Made by a program: the position numbers and the translations under genes. 64,000 nt of DNA from an uncultured Verrucomicrobiota bacterium (GTDB taxonomy: Bacteria; Verrucomicrobiota; Verrucomicrobiia; Chthoniobacterales; JACTMZ01). The stretch is from contig CAJBKE010000059.1 in the NCBI GenBank assembly GCA_903953565.1, positions 15,923 through 79,922 of the forward strand, written 5' to 3'. How positions within the stretch are numbered: position 1 is the first letter of the stretch; each line of letters begins with the position of its first letter. The notes beneath the pieces were generated by a model. It was not told where the DNA came from and did no database searches. It was given only the letters and a program-made list of their open reading frames with translations. Shown piece after piece: positions 37,914-47,545 of the stretch.

Positions 37914-38816
37914 TCAGACTTCCCGCCGCGCGGCCTTCGCCTCCATGCGAGCGCGGCTGAAGCCTTCGGTGAAGTAGGCGCCAATGACCAGCACCTGCGC
38001 TGAGAAATACATCCAGAAAAGAAGGATCATGAACGAGGACATCGCGCCATAGAACGATTCGGCGCTGAGCCATCCGAGATACAGCGCCATCCCCAGCTTC
38101 CCGATGGCGAAGAGCAAGGCCGTGCCGAAAGCACCCAGCCAGACATAGCGCCACAGAACCTTGGCCTCGGGGAGAAGCTTGAAGATCAGGGCGCAGACGA
38201 CCGTCACCATGACCAAGGTGATACCGAACTCTAGAGAAAAGAGAAACGTGCTCGAGTAAGGGAGTTCATCGGGCACGTATTTTTTCATCACGGCGAGAAC
38301 CGTGGTGCTGACCAGCGAGAGAATGAGGAGCAACCCGGCTACCAGCACCCCTGCGAGGGAAACAAGGTAATGCTCAACCCACATCCACCACGACGCTTCT
38401 CTCATGTGCGGGACTCTCCAGATGAAATTCATTGAGTCCTTCAACTGCCGCATGACGCTCGAGGACGTGTAGAGGAGGACAACCACGCCGATGGACGCGG
38501 CCAAACCCGAACCGGTCCGCGCGCGCACGCTGGAGAGCAGGCCTTCGATCGTCCAAGCCGTATCCGCCCCGAACATTTCGATGAGCTTGTCGCGCAGTTC
38601 CTCGTTGGCCTGCGCCTCGCCGAAAACCCAACCGGCCATGGCCGTGGCGATGAGGAGCAAAGGACCGATGGAAAAGACTGCATAGTAGGTCAGCGCCGCC
38701 CCATGGGTCATGCCGCCTTCCATGACATAGCGGTTGAACGCATCGGCAAGAATCCGCCACGCGCTCTTCGTTCCCTCGTCCGGCACCTCCGGCGGCCTTC
38801 TCTCGCCAACTTCCAT
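37914..38816 (-). CDS. YihY/BrkB-family inner-membrane protein
   Basis: GAALTYYAVFSIGPLLLIA and six hydrophobic segments. Confidence 0.8.
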   Translation of the reverse strand: MEVGERRPPEVPDEGTKSAWRILADAFNRYVMEGGMTHGAALTYYAVFSIGPLLLIATAMAGWVFGEAQANEELRDKLIEMFGADTAWTIEGLLSSVRARTGSGLAASIGVVVLLYTSSSVMRQLKDSMNFIWRVPHMREASWWMWVEHYLVSLAGVLVAGLLLILSLVSTTVLAVMKKYVPDELPYSSTFLFSLEFGITLVMVTVVCALIFKLLPEAKVLWRYVWLGAFGTALLFAIGKLGMALYLGWLSAESFYGAMSSFMILLFWMYFSAQVLVIGAYFTEGFSRARMEAKAARREV

Positions 38817-38875
38817 CGTGGAGGAAGCTTAGCCTGTCCGGGTCATCTGGAAAGCAGCCACTTGGGGCGTTAACA

Positions 38876-40204
38876 TCACTTTCCGATACAGAAACTTGCG
38901 AAAATCCGATCCAAAATCTCTTCCGCGTCCCCCGCTCCTGTGATTTCCCCCATGGCCGCGAGCGCGGCCCGTAACTCGACCGCCGTCAGCTCGGGCGCAT
39001 CGCCCCGTTGCAACGAGCTCCGGCTCTCCTCCAAGTATTGCCGCGCGGCAACAAGACACTGACTGTGACGCTCATTGACCGCCGCCGACTCGCCCAACCG
39101 ATCCAGAGACGCCAAATCCGTCCGCCCAATGACCGCTTCGACCAGCTCCTCCAAGCCACGCCCGTCGAGGCAGCACATGCCAACCACCCCGGAAAGACGC
39201 GGAGACTCGGAGAGAAGGTCGATTTTGTTCAGCACGACAACTTCCCGGCTCGCGGGCTCGATCTGCGCCGCCTCGGCCGCGGAATCCACCACGCGCAAGA
39301 CCACATCGGCTTGCTCCACATGCGACCGCGTCCGGCGCATCCCCTCCTGCTCGAGCGGATCGGACGACTCGCGCAGACCCGCCGTGTCCACGATACGGAA
39401 CGGAATCCCGCGCAAAGTGAGGTTTTCTTCGATCGTATCGCGGGTCGTTCCCGGAATCTCGCTGACCATGGCACGGTCGTAGCCGAGGAGAAGATTGAGC
39501 AGGCTCGATTTGCCGACATTCGGGCGGCCATGAATAACCAAACGCACACCCTCCCGAAGCATGCGTCCTTCGTCCGCCGTGGAGAGCAGTTTTTGAACGC
39601 GCGCAAGAAGATTATCGATCCGACCGGCGAGGACTTGACCGCTTTCGGGATCGATCCCCTCTTCCGGAAAATCAATGAAGGCCTCGAGGTGAGCCAATGT
39701 CATAAGGGTTGCCTCGCGCAATGCATCAATCTCCCGCCCCAATCTTCCCTCGAGCTGGGCCGCCGCCGCCTTGGCCGAGGCTTCTCCCCTCGCGGTGATC
39801 AGGTCCATCACCGCCTCCGCTTGGGTCAGATCCATCTTGCCATTGAGAAAAGCGCGTCGGGTGAATTCGCCCGGGGGTGCGCTTGCGGCGCCGGACACCA
39901 AGACGGCGCGCAATACCCCCTGGGCCACGACCACGCCGCCGTGTCCGCTGATCTCGACCACGTTCTCGCCCGTGTAGCTATGCGGGGCGCGAAAGACAGT
40001 CAGCAGGACATCATCAATGACCGCTCCATCGCGCACAATTTGCCCGCGCACGACGCGCCCGGACACCATTTGCCCGGCGGTCTGCTTTCCGCGAAAAACC
40101 TCGTCCGCCACCTCAAGCGCTTGCGGGCCGCTGATCCGGACCATGGCAACGGCACCGGCCCCCACCGGCGTCGCCAGCGCGGCAATCGTTTCCGCCTCCT
40201 GCAT
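38876..40204 (-). CDS. mnmE: tRNA uridine-5-carboxymethylaminomethyl modification GTPase MnmE
   Basis: ETIAALATPVGAGAVAMVRISG, G1 motif GRPNVGKSS, C-terminal FCIGK. The ATG at 40204 overlaps the hisC stop by 1 nt. Confidence 0.93.
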   Translation of the reverse strand: MQEAETIAALATPVGAGAVAMVRISGPQALEVADEVFRGKQTAGQMVSGRVVRGQIVRDGAVIDDVLLTVFRAPHSYTGENVVEISGHGGVVVAQGVLRAVLVSGAASAPPGEFTRRAFLNGKMDLTQAEAVMDLITARGEASAKAAAAQLEGRLGREIDALREATLMTLAHLEAFIDFPEEGIDPESGQVLAGRIDNLLARVQKLLSTADEGRMLREGVRLVIHGRPNVGKSSLLNLLLGYDRAMVSEIPGTTRDTIEENLTLRGIPFRIVDTAGLRESSDPLEQEGMRRTRSHVEQADVVLRVVDSAAEAAQIEPASREVVVLNKIDLLSESPRLSGVVGMCCLDGRGLEELVEAVIGRTDLASLDRLGESAAVNERHSQCLVAARQYLEESRSSLQRGDAPELTAVELRAALAAMGEITGAGDAEEILDRIFASFCIGK

Positions 40205-41328
40205 CAGGAAACTTTGGCCAATGTCCCGCGCCCGAGCAGGCCCTCGCCATCCATCTCGCGAAGTTCCGCGACGAAAGTTTTGTTCTGCGGCATTGTGCCG
40301 ACGGAAACACGGATCCATTCCGGCAAGGCGTAACTGCCCATGGCACGCACGATGATCCCCCGGCGGAGGAGAGCCTCGAAAACTTTTTTCCCGTCACCGA
40401 CCCGCACGAGCACGAAGTTGGCGTGGCTCGGCACGAACTCCAGATCCATGTCGAGGAACTCGGCCTGCAAAAAGTTGCGCCCCTCGTCGGTCACGCGCCG
40501 GGTATCTTCCATGTGGGTCTTGTCCCGCATTCCCGCCAAGGCGCCAGCCTGCGCGATGCCGTTGGCGTTGAAAGGTTGCCGTGCCCGCTGGAGCACCTCG
40601 ACAATCTCGGGCGCGGCCAAACCATAGCCGATGCGCAGGTTGGCCAAGCCTTGGATTTTGGAGAAGGTGCGCAACACGACGACATTGCGTCCGGCCCGGA
40701 CGTATTTGAGCACGTCGGGCGCGTCGTCGAGAAATTCGTAATAGGCCTCGTCGAAGACCACCATGACATGCTCCGGAACGCGGCTCATGAAGCGGTCGAT
40801 ATCGTCCTGAAAAACCATCGTTCCCGTCGGATTGTTCGGGTTGGCGATGAACACTTCCTTGGTCCGGGGAGTGATCGCCGCGAGCATCCCATCAAGGTCG
40901 GCGACGAAATCCGGATCAGGCACATCCACAACCTTCGCACCGAAGAGTTGCGCCATGAGCCGGTAAACAGCGAACGAGTGCTTCGCCACCACGACCTCAT
41001 CGCCCGGTTGCAAGTAAGCATGACCGAGGAATTCGATGATCTCGTTGGAACCGTTGCCCAGAATGACATTGGCCATGGAAAGCCCCAACTCTTCGGCGAT
41101 CGCCTCGCGCAAGTAATAGCCACCGCCGTCCGGATAGAAATGCGAGCGCTCCAGCGTTTCGATCATGGCTTGGCGCGCTTTGGGCGACGGGCCGAGCGGA
41201 TTTTCGTTCGAGGCGAGCTTGATGATTTTTCCCGGTTCAAGACCGAGTTCGCGCGCGAGATCCTCCACCGGCTTACCCGGCTCGTAGGGCTGCAGACTGC
41301 GAAGTTGCGGATTGGCGTATTTCCACAT
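40204..41328 (-). CDS. hisC: histidinol-phosphate aminotransferase
   Basis: LQPYEPGKP...KLASNENPLGPSP, and the PLP-lysine context RTFSKIQGLA. Confidence 0.92.
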   Translation of the reverse strand: MWKYANPQLRSLQPYEPGKPVEDLARELGLEPGKIIKLASNENPLGPSPKARQAMIETLERSHFYPDGGGYYLREAIAEELGLSMANVILGNGSNEIIEFLGHAYLQPGDEVVVAKHSFAVYRLMAQLFGAKVVDVPDPDFVADLDGMLAAITPRTKEVFIANPNNPTGTMVFQDDIDRFMSRVPEHVMVVFDEAYYEFLDDAPDVLKYVRAGRNVVVLRTFSKIQGLANLRIGYGLAAPEIVEVLQRARQPFNANGIAQAGALAGMRDKTHMEDTRRVTDEGRNFLQAEFLDMDLEFVPSHANFVLVRVGDGKKVFEALLRRGIIVRAMGSYALPEWIRVSVGTMPQNKTFVAELREMDGEGLLGRGTLAKVS

Positions 41329-41393
41329 GCGCTTGATCTTAACCGCCGATCTGCTGGTTTGCGAGTGCTACCCGAGGCAGGCAGACTGGCTGG

Positions 41394-41834
41394 GTGCGCA
41401 TCGCCGTCATTGCCGACACCCACAATCGCCTGCCCGCCTCGCTCCGCCCAATCTTGGCCGAAGCGGATGAGATCTGGCACCTCGGCGATATCTGCAACAC
41501 CGACGTCTTGCGCGAGCTGAAAGCAATTGGTCCTCCCGTCCATGCCGTGCGCGGCAATTGCGATCCGCGCGGCCTTGCTCCGGAAAGCCTGCTTCTCGAG
41601 CGCGCCGGGCACACCTTCTATCTGGGACACGAACCGGTGTCGCTTGTCCCCGCCGGATCCGGCTTCGCCTTGCACGGACACACCCATGTGCCGCGTGACG
41701 AGACGATCGCCAACGTGCGCCACCTCAATCCCGGAACGGTGAGCAAGCCGAACCACGGCGCGCCGCCCTCTTTTGCCTGGCTCGAACTCCATCCCGGCCG
41801 GCCGCCCGTCTGGGAAATCGTGCCGGTTCCCTGA
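41394..41834 (+). CDS. YfcE/MJ0936-family metallophosphoesterase
   Basis: MRIAVIADTHN, WHLGDI, GHTHVP motifs; 146 aa. Confidence 0.85.
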   Translation: MRIAVIADTHNRLPASLRPILAEADEIWHLGDICNTDVLRELKAIGPPVHAVRGNCDPRGLAPESLLLERAGHTFYLGHEPVSLVPAGSGFALHGHTHVPRDETIANVRHLNPGTVSKPNHGAPPSFAWLELHPGRPPVWEIVPVP

Positions 41835-41881
41835 CACCGGAGGTTGAGCCCGCGGCCAGTTGGCTCCATAGTAGCCGTTGC

Positions 41882-42556
41882 ATGAAGAACTTTATCCTCG
41901 CCGGGATTCTCTTTGCACCGCTCTGCCTTGCCAATGCGCAGGACTCATCGCCGTCTCCGGCTCCCGCTGCCACGCCAACTGCAGGAGAGGAACTGCCAAC
42001 GGCAACCGATCCCGCCGCACTGGCCCCTGCGCTGCGCGAGGAAGTGAATCTTTCCGACACCGGCAGCACCGAGGCGATGGAAATTCCCGTGGCACCGGAT
42101 GCGCCCGATCCGCGCAAAACGGGGGAAACTACGGAACCCTTACCCGGAGACGAAAAAACGCCGCAACGCCCGGAGGTCAGCGGCACGGTTGAGGTCACGG
42201 CCGCGAATAATGGGCAAACAGTCAGGGCAGCCGTGGGCAATCTGGTCCGCGTCACCCTCGAGTCCAACCCCAGCACCGGCTACAATTGGGAGTTGCGCGA
42301 CTTCGACTACGGCGCAGCGGACTTTTACAGCAGCGATGTCGTGGCCCGCAAAGGCGGTAATGTGCTGGTCGGTGCGCCCGGCGACACCATCATCACCCTG
42401 CAAGCGGTGAAGCCCGGCTCGCAGCAAATCGTCCTCGTCTATCGCCGCCCGTGGGAAGCGCCCGACCAGGTCGCAGCCACGTTCACCTTTCACCTTGAAG
42501 TGGCCGGTGATCCGGCCACGCCCGCCGCGTCACCCGCCGCGTCACCCGTCCCGTGA
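41882..42556 (+). CDS. secreted chagasin-family (I42) cysteine-peptidase inhibitor
   Basis: Signal peptide, a Pro/Ala/Thr-rich linker, then [12 protein letters not shown] and VLVYRRPWE, typical of chagasin/ICP. Confidence 0.8.
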   Translation: MKNFILAGILFAPLCLANAQDSSPSPAPAATPTAGEELPTATDPAALAPALREEVNLSDTGSTEAMEIPVAPDAPDPRKTGETTEPLPGDEKTPQRPEVSGTVEVTAANNGQTVRAAVGNLVRVTLESNPSTGYNWELRDFDYGAADFYSSDVVARKGGNVLVGAPGDTIITLQAVKPGSQQIVLVYRRPWEAPDQVAATFTFHLEVAGDPATPAASPAASPVP

Positions 42557-43338
42557 GTCAACCTCTGGTCATCGCCGGGCGCACCTTCCACTCGCGCCTT
42601 CTTCTCGGCACCGGCAAGTTCTCCTCGAATGAACTCATGCGCGATGCGCTGGCCGCCAGCGGCACGGAAATTGTCACCGTGGCCCTGCGGCGCGCCGATA
42701 TCAGCGGCAGCAATGATCCTTTCGCCAACATCCTCGATTTCATCGATCCGGAAAACTATCTCCTCCTCCCCAACACGAGCGGCGCGATGAATGCCGACGA
42801 AGCCGTTCGTCTTGCCCGACTGGCCGCGACTGCCGGATTGCCCAAGTGGGTGAAGCTCGAGATCCACCCCGACCCGCAATACCTCCTGCCCGATCCGATC
42901 GAAACTCTCCGCGCCACGGAGGTCCTCGCCGCCGAAGGTTTCACCGTGCTTCCCTACATCAACGCCGATCCCGTTCTGGCCAAGCGTCTCGAAGACGCCG
43001 GTGCTGCCACGGTCATGCCGCTCGGTTCGCCCATCGGGAGCAATCGCGGACTCGAAACCCGCGCCCAAATTTCCATCATCATCGAACAAGCCCGCGTCCC
43101 CGTCATTGTCGACGCCGGCCTCGGCGCTCCCAGCCACGCTGCGGAAGCGCTCGAACTCGGCGCTGACGCCGTGCTGATCAACACCGCCATTGCCGTGGCC
43201 GAAAATCCCGTGCACATGGCCCACGCGTTCAAGATGGCCGTCGAGGCTGGACGAACCGCCCGCGAGGCCGGCCTCCCCGCGCAGCAAGACACCGCCATCC
43301 CCACCAGTCCCCTCACCGGCTTCCTCCAGAATGCGTAG
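42553..43338 (+). CDS. thiG: thiazole synthase
   Basis: The GTG start overlaps the upstream stop (GTGA). [16 protein letters not shown], and 261-aa length. Confidence 0.93.
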   Translation: MSQPLVIAGRTFHSRLLLGTGKFSSNELMRDALAASGTEIVTVALRRADISGSNDPFANILDFIDPENYLLLPNTSGAMNADEAVRLARLAATAGLPKWVKLEIHPDPQYLLPDPIETLRATEVLAAEGFTVLPYINADPVLAKRLEDAGAATVMPLGSPIGSNRGLETRAQISIIIEQARVPVIVDAGLGAPSHAAEALELGADAVLINTAIAVAENPVHMAHAFKMAVEAGRTAREAGLPAQQDTAIPTSPLTGFLQNA

Positions 43339-43380
43339 CCTGTCCACAACGCACTACGCAACGCCACCAACGCCACCCAC

Positions 43381-43467
43381 TGTAGCGTCGCCGTCCGCGG
43401 CGACGGCCGTTCTCCGCTTTGTAGCGGCGGTCAGCCGAGGCTTGGCGAGACAGGTCGCCGCGGCGAC
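43381..43467. repeat. GC-rich hairpin repeats between thiG and dsbD
   Basis: Hairpin GTCGCCG-TCCG-CGGCGAC (43387-43404), TTTGTAGCGGCGG (family motif), and perfect palindrome GTCGCCGCGGCGAC (43454-43467). Confidence 0.55.
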
Positions 43468-45586
43468 CAACCGATATGGCCGCCGGACCCTATTCATTTT
43501 TCTCTCTTCTCTCTTTTTTCTTACTTTTTTCTTCCCTTCCCCTTCCCCCGCCCAACTCTATCAAGGCCAAAGACTGGTCGAAGCATCCCTCCTCGCCGAC
43601 ACCACCGCCATTGTCCCCGGACAACCCTTCCGCCTCGGTCTCCTCCTCCGCATGGCTCCCGGATGGCACACCTATTGGGAAAATCCCGGCGACTCCGGAC
43701 TCGCCACCACCTTCGATCCGCAAATCCCCGAAGGCTTCACCGCCAGTCCCATCAGCTGGCCCCTCCCCAAACGCCTTGTCGAACCCGGCAACATCCAAGT
43801 CTACGCCTACAAAGGTGAGGTCCTTCTCGTGCGCACCATCACGCCGCCTGCCACGATCGAGACCACGGCCATCACCATTCCCGCCAAATCTTCCTGGCTC
43901 GTTTGCGAAGCCATCTGCATCCCCGGCAAAGCCGACGTGCAACTCACCCTGCCCGTCGCAACTTCTGCCGAGCCCGCCAACGCCGATCTCTTCGCCAAAT
44001 TCGCCGCCCTCGTCCCATCCGCTGATACGCCACCCTTCGACATCGTTTGGACACCAACCCCCACCGGATGGAACCTCGGACTCCGCAACGCGACCGGCGC
44101 CACCCGCGCCGACTTTTACCCATTCGCCGATGACAAACACCCCGTCGGACACACCGCGGCCCGCGACCTCGTCAATGGCGCCGCCGATCTCGCCATCCCC
44201 GTAGCCACTTCCGCCCCCGTGCGCGGCATCGTCGCCCTTGAGAAAGGACAACGCCGCGGATGGATCATCGAAAGCAAGGCCGACATCACCCCCACCCCTG
44301 CGCCCACGGACCAAAAACCAACCTCCAAGAAAAGCGGACTTTGGACCTATCTGCTCTTCGGTTTCATCGGCGGCTTCATCCTCAATCTCATGCCCTGCGT
44401 CCTCCCGGTCATCTCGCTGAAAATTTTCGGCTTCATGCGGCAAGCCGGCGACTCGCGGGGGAACATATTGAAACACGGACTAGCTTTCACCGCGGGCATC
44501 TTCCTCTGGTTCCTCGGGCTGGCCGCCATCATCATCGCCCTCAAAGCGGCGGGGAGCGAAGTGACCTGGGCTTTCCAATTCCAGAACCCTTGGTTCAACT
44601 TTGTTATAGGCGCTGTCGTCTTTGTTTTCGCCCTCAATTTGTTCGGAGTTTTTGAAATTGTCCTGCCGGGGCGCGCCTCGCAGGGCATTGCCGAGGCCGG
44701 AAGCCATGGCGGGCTCGCCGGGTCCTTCGCCCAAGGTATTCTTGCCACGCTGCTCGCCACGCCCTGCACTGCACCCTTCCTCGGCACTGCGCTCGGCTTT
44801 GCTTTCAGCCAAACGTCACTCGTCATTCTCGCCATGTTCGCCTCCATCGCGGCCGGCATGGCTTTTCCTTACCTCCTGCTCTCCGCGCAACCTGGCTGGA
44901 TGAAGTTCCTCCCCAAGCCCGGCGCCTGGATGGAACGCCTCAAGCAATTCATGGGGTTCCCGCTCGCCGCCACCCTGCTCTGGCTGCTCTATGTCATCGG
45001 GCAACAACGCGGAACCGAAGCCGTCATCTGGGCCTCCGCTGCTTACCTCTGTCTGGCCCTCGCCGCGTGGCTCTACGGAGCATTCCTCGGACCCGTCGCC
45101 ACCGGCCGGACCAAAATCTTCGCCACCCTGGGCATCATTCTCTCGCTTCTCCTCGGCCTCGGCTACTTCGCCGGCAACCTTTTCGCCCGCGCCGCCGCGA
45201 CCGCGCCCGAAAAGTCCGCTGCGCCTTCCTCCGATGGGATGCCGTGGGTCCCTTTTTCCGAAGCCGAATTGCAACGCCTGCTGGCCGAGGGGAAACCGGT
45301 CTTTGTCGACTTCACCGCCGACTGGTGCATCACCTGCAAATTCAATATGCGCACGGCGATCGACACCACAGCGGTTCGCGCGGCCTTCGCAAAGCTGGGC
45401 ATTGTCCCGATGCTGGCCGACTGGACGAACAGTAATCCGGAGATCACGAAAAAGTTGGCGCAATTTGACAGGGTCGGCGTGCCATTTTACCTATTCTATC
45501 CTGCCGGTCGGGCCAATGATCCGGTCATTCTTCCGGAACTGCTCACCGAGCAAATCCTTCTCCGCGCCGTCGGCGCACAACCCTGA
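43442..45586 (+). CDS. dsbD: thiol:disulfide interchange protein DsbD
   Basis: DsbD-alpha-like N-domain (WHTYWENPGDSG), TM core with LMPCVLPV and LLATPCTAPF, and a C-terminal thioredoxin domain with DWCITCK. The start is uncertain: TTG 43442 gives a proper signal peptide, while ATG 43331 would read through the hairpin repeats. Confidence 0.85.
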   Translation: MARQVAAATNRYGRRTLFIFLSSLFFLTFFFPSPSPAQLYQGQRLVEASLLADTTAIVPGQPFRLGLLLRMAPGWHTYWENPGDSGLATTFDPQIPEGFTASPISWPLPKRLVEPGNIQVYAYKGEVLLVRTITPPATIETTAITIPAKSSWLVCEAICIPGKADVQLTLPVATSAEPANADLFAKFAALVPSADTPPFDIVWTPTPTGWNLGLRNATGATRADFYPFADDKHPVGHTAARDLVNGAADLAIPVATSAPVRGIVALEKGQRRGWIIESKADITPTPAPTDQKPTSKKSGLWTYLLFGFIGGFILNLMPCVLPVISLKIFGFMRQAGDSRGNILKHGLAFTAGIFLWFLGLAAIIIALKAAGSEVTWAFQFQNPWFNFVIGAVVFVFALNLFGVFEIVLPGRASQGIAEAGSHGGLAGSFAQGILATLLATPCTAPFLGTALGFAFSQTSLVILAMFASIAAGMAFPYLLLSAQPGWMKFLPKPGAWMERLKQFMGFPLAATLLWLLYVIGQQRGTEAVIWASAAYLCLALAAWLYGAFLGPVATGRTKIFATLGIILSLLLGLGYFAGNLFARAAATAPEKSAAPSSDGMPWVPFSEAELQRLLAEGKPVFVDFTADWCITCKFNMRTAIDTTAVRAAFAKLGIVPMLADWTNSNPEITKKLAQFDRVGVPFYLFYPAGRANDPVILPELLTEQILLRAVGAQP

Positions 45587-45594
45587 ACAACACC

Positions 45595-46197
45595 ATGAAA
45601 ACCATCATCAAAACCACCGTTGCCCTCCTGGTCGCAGCGGGCACTTCCCTCGCCGCCCCGCAAGTCGGACAACCCGCTCCGGCCTTCACCCTCACCGACT
45701 CCAACGGTCAATCGCACAACCTCTCGGACTTCAAAGGCAAGTTCGTCGTCCTCGAGTGGCTCAACCACAGATGCCCGTTCGTGATGAAACACTACGGCAG
45801 CGGGAACATGCAGAAGTTGCAAAAGGAATACACCGGCAAGGACGTTGTCTGGCTCTCCATCGTCTCCTCCGCCCCCGGCAAACAAGGCCACATGAGCCCG
45901 GAGGAAACCAACAAAGCCAAAACGGAAAAAGGCTCCGGCGCCACCGCGGTGCTCATCGATGAAGACGGCGCCGTGGGCAAGCTCTACGACGCCAAAGTCA
46001 CTCCCGAGCTTTATGTCATCAATCCGGACGGCGTCCTCGTCTACATGGGAGCGATCGACGACAAGAAGTCCGTTGACGCCGCCGATATCGCCGGCGCGAA
46101 AAACTACGTCAAACAAGCCCTCGACGCAGCCATGGCCGGCAAACCAGTGAGCGAACCCACAATCACGCCCTACGGTTGCGGGATCAAATACAACTGA
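45595..46197 (+). CDS. periplasmic thioredoxin-fold (redoxin/AhpC-TSA family) protein
   Basis: Signal peptide, then GQPAPAFTLTDSNGQSHNLSDFKGKFVVLEW..HRCPFV. It sits immediately after dsbD. Confidence 0.8.
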   Translation: MKTIIKTTVALLVAAGTSLAAPQVGQPAPAFTLTDSNGQSHNLSDFKGKFVVLEWLNHRCPFVMKHYGSGNMQKLQKEYTGKDVVWLSIVSSAPGKQGHMSPEETNKAKTEKGSGATAVLIDEDGAVGKLYDAKVTPELYVINPDGVLVYMGAIDDKKSVDAADIAGAKNYVKQALDAAMAGKPVSEPTITPYGCGIKYN

Positions 46198-46223
46198 TCC
46201 TCACGGACACCTCTTACACGCGA

Positions 46224-46286
46224 GCGGCGGTCGAAAGACCGCCGCTTTGTCTTTGGAGTGCGGCGGCCAAGCCGCCGCTTTCCATC
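46224..46286. repeat. GC-rich hairpin repeat, forward copy (TTTGGAGTGCGGCGG...CCGCCGCTTTCC family)
   Basis: GCGGCGGTCGAAAGACCGCCGC followed by CTTTGGAGTGCGGCGGCCAAGCCGCCGCTTTCC. Confidence 0.8.
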
Positions 46287-46328
46287 AACTCAGACAAGCG
46301 CCGTAAGAGGTTGCAGACTTTGATCGGG

Positions 46329-46481
46329 GGTGGATCGCTATGTCTCTCCGGAGTCGTATCAGTTGATCGCCACGGCGATCTGTCTCCGTCCGCCGCGGCG
46401 GACTCCGGCTGGCTCTCCGGAGCCGGAGGCCACATCGCGATTGCCGGACTGAAATATCGCGCTCGGAGAGCGCGATCCACC
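46329..46481. repeat. nested-palindrome intergenic element, long variant (copy D, 153 bp)
   Basis: It starts GGTGGATCGC and ends GCGCGATCCACC. Inside are the 16-bp palindrome GTCCGCCGCGGCGGAC (46388-46403) and CTCCGGCTGGCTCTCCGGAGCCGGAG. Confidence 0.8.
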
Positions 46482-46520
46482 TTGCCAGACGTCCAGAACC
46501 TTTCTGTCAATGGCCCCAGC

Positions 46521-46553
46521 CCAAAAGCGGCGTCAAGCCGCCGCACTACAAAA
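46521..46553. repeat. GC-rich hairpin repeat, inverted copy
   Basis: The reverse complement reads TTTGTAGTGCGGCGGCTTGACGCCGCTTTTGG, matching the 46246-46286 motif in opposite orientation. Confidence 0.75.
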
Positions 46554-46588
46554 CGCTCTCGCCCAACTCCCCGCTCCCCGCTCCAAGC

Positions 46589-47521
46589 TTATTCCGGTAT
46601 CACCAAAATCATCCCAGGCTTGAGCTTCGTCGGATCGCTCAACGTTGCTTTGTTCGCCTCGGCGATTTTCTGCCACTGGCCGGAGTTCTTGTAATATTTG
46701 CGTGCGATGCCGGCCAAGGTGTCACCGGACTCCACCTTGTAAGTGCGAACCCCGGCTTCTCCAGCCGGGGCCGCCGATGCGGTGGCCGGGGCGAGACCCG
46801 TGGCTTGCGCGGAGCCCGGGCCGCCTACAACCGGCTCAACCCGCGGGGCAACATCGGTGGCAGTGGCATCGCCCGGTAAAGCGGCGCTAACCGGAACCGC
46901 CCGACGCACCTCGGGCTCGCTCGAAACAGCAGGAACCGAGGCCGGCGGAGGGGTCGCCGCGACAACCATGGCCGGAGTTGCGACCGGCTTGGGCGCCGGG
47001 GTCGGAGCCGCAGGCTTCACGGCGGAGGCGCCGCGTCCCGAAGTTCCCGTCTGCTGACGGAGGTCCGTCAACTGCTGCCTCAGGTCCAGATTCTCGTTCT
47101 TCAAACGGGCCGCTTCCCGCGCAGGCATGACCGGTCCATCGGCCAGGCGGGAAACGATGACCAAGCGCAGACGATCGACATAGCCCTTCACATCGGTGGC
47201 GAACTGCCCCTGCGGGGCGAGCTCGAGATACCGCTCGAAATGATGCAGGGCGCCGACCTCGTTTTTGAGCTTATCTTCGTAAAGCAAGCCCAGACGGTAA
47301 TGTGCCTCCGCGGAGAGCATCGTGCCATCGAGCGCCGCCTCAAAGTGCTGCAGCGCCCGCGGCACCTCGCCGCGCACCAACGCTTCATTCCCCTCGCGGA
47401 TGTTGCGGCCGGTCTGGGAGACGGTGAGCAGGTCGCAGCCGGTCAGGGTCAGCAGAATCGAGATGGTCACCACGCCGCCGAAAAACAACGTGGCGGGTTT
47501 GCTTGGCACTGGTTTACGCAT
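46589..47521 (-). CDS. LysM-domain lipoprotein with TPR-like region
   Basis: Lipobox LTLTGC, and C-terminal LysM YKVESGDTLAGIARKYY...KLKPGMILVIP. Confidence 0.8.
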   Translation of the reverse strand: MRKPVPSKPATLFFGGVVTISILLTLTGCDLLTVSQTGRNIREGNEALVRGEVPRALQHFEAALDGTMLSAEAHYRLGLLYEDKLKNEVGALHHFERYLELAPQGQFATDVKGYVDRLRLVIVSRLADGPVMPAREAARLKNENLDLRQQLTDLRQQTGTSGRGASAVKPAAPTPAPKPVATPAMVVAATPPPASVPAVSSEPEVRRAVPVSAALPGDATATDVAPRVEPVVGGPGSAQATGLAPATASAAPAGEAGVRTYKVESGDTLAGIARKYYKNSGQWQKIAEANKATLSDPTKLKPGMILVIPE

Positions 47522-47545
47522 GACCCGGATGATAGAATACGCCGC

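Noticed and set aside
43476-44204. 242-aa Pro/Ser-rich ORF in an alternative frame of dsbD
   Set aside because: It is low-complexity and out of frame with the conserved DsbD N-domain and TM motifs.
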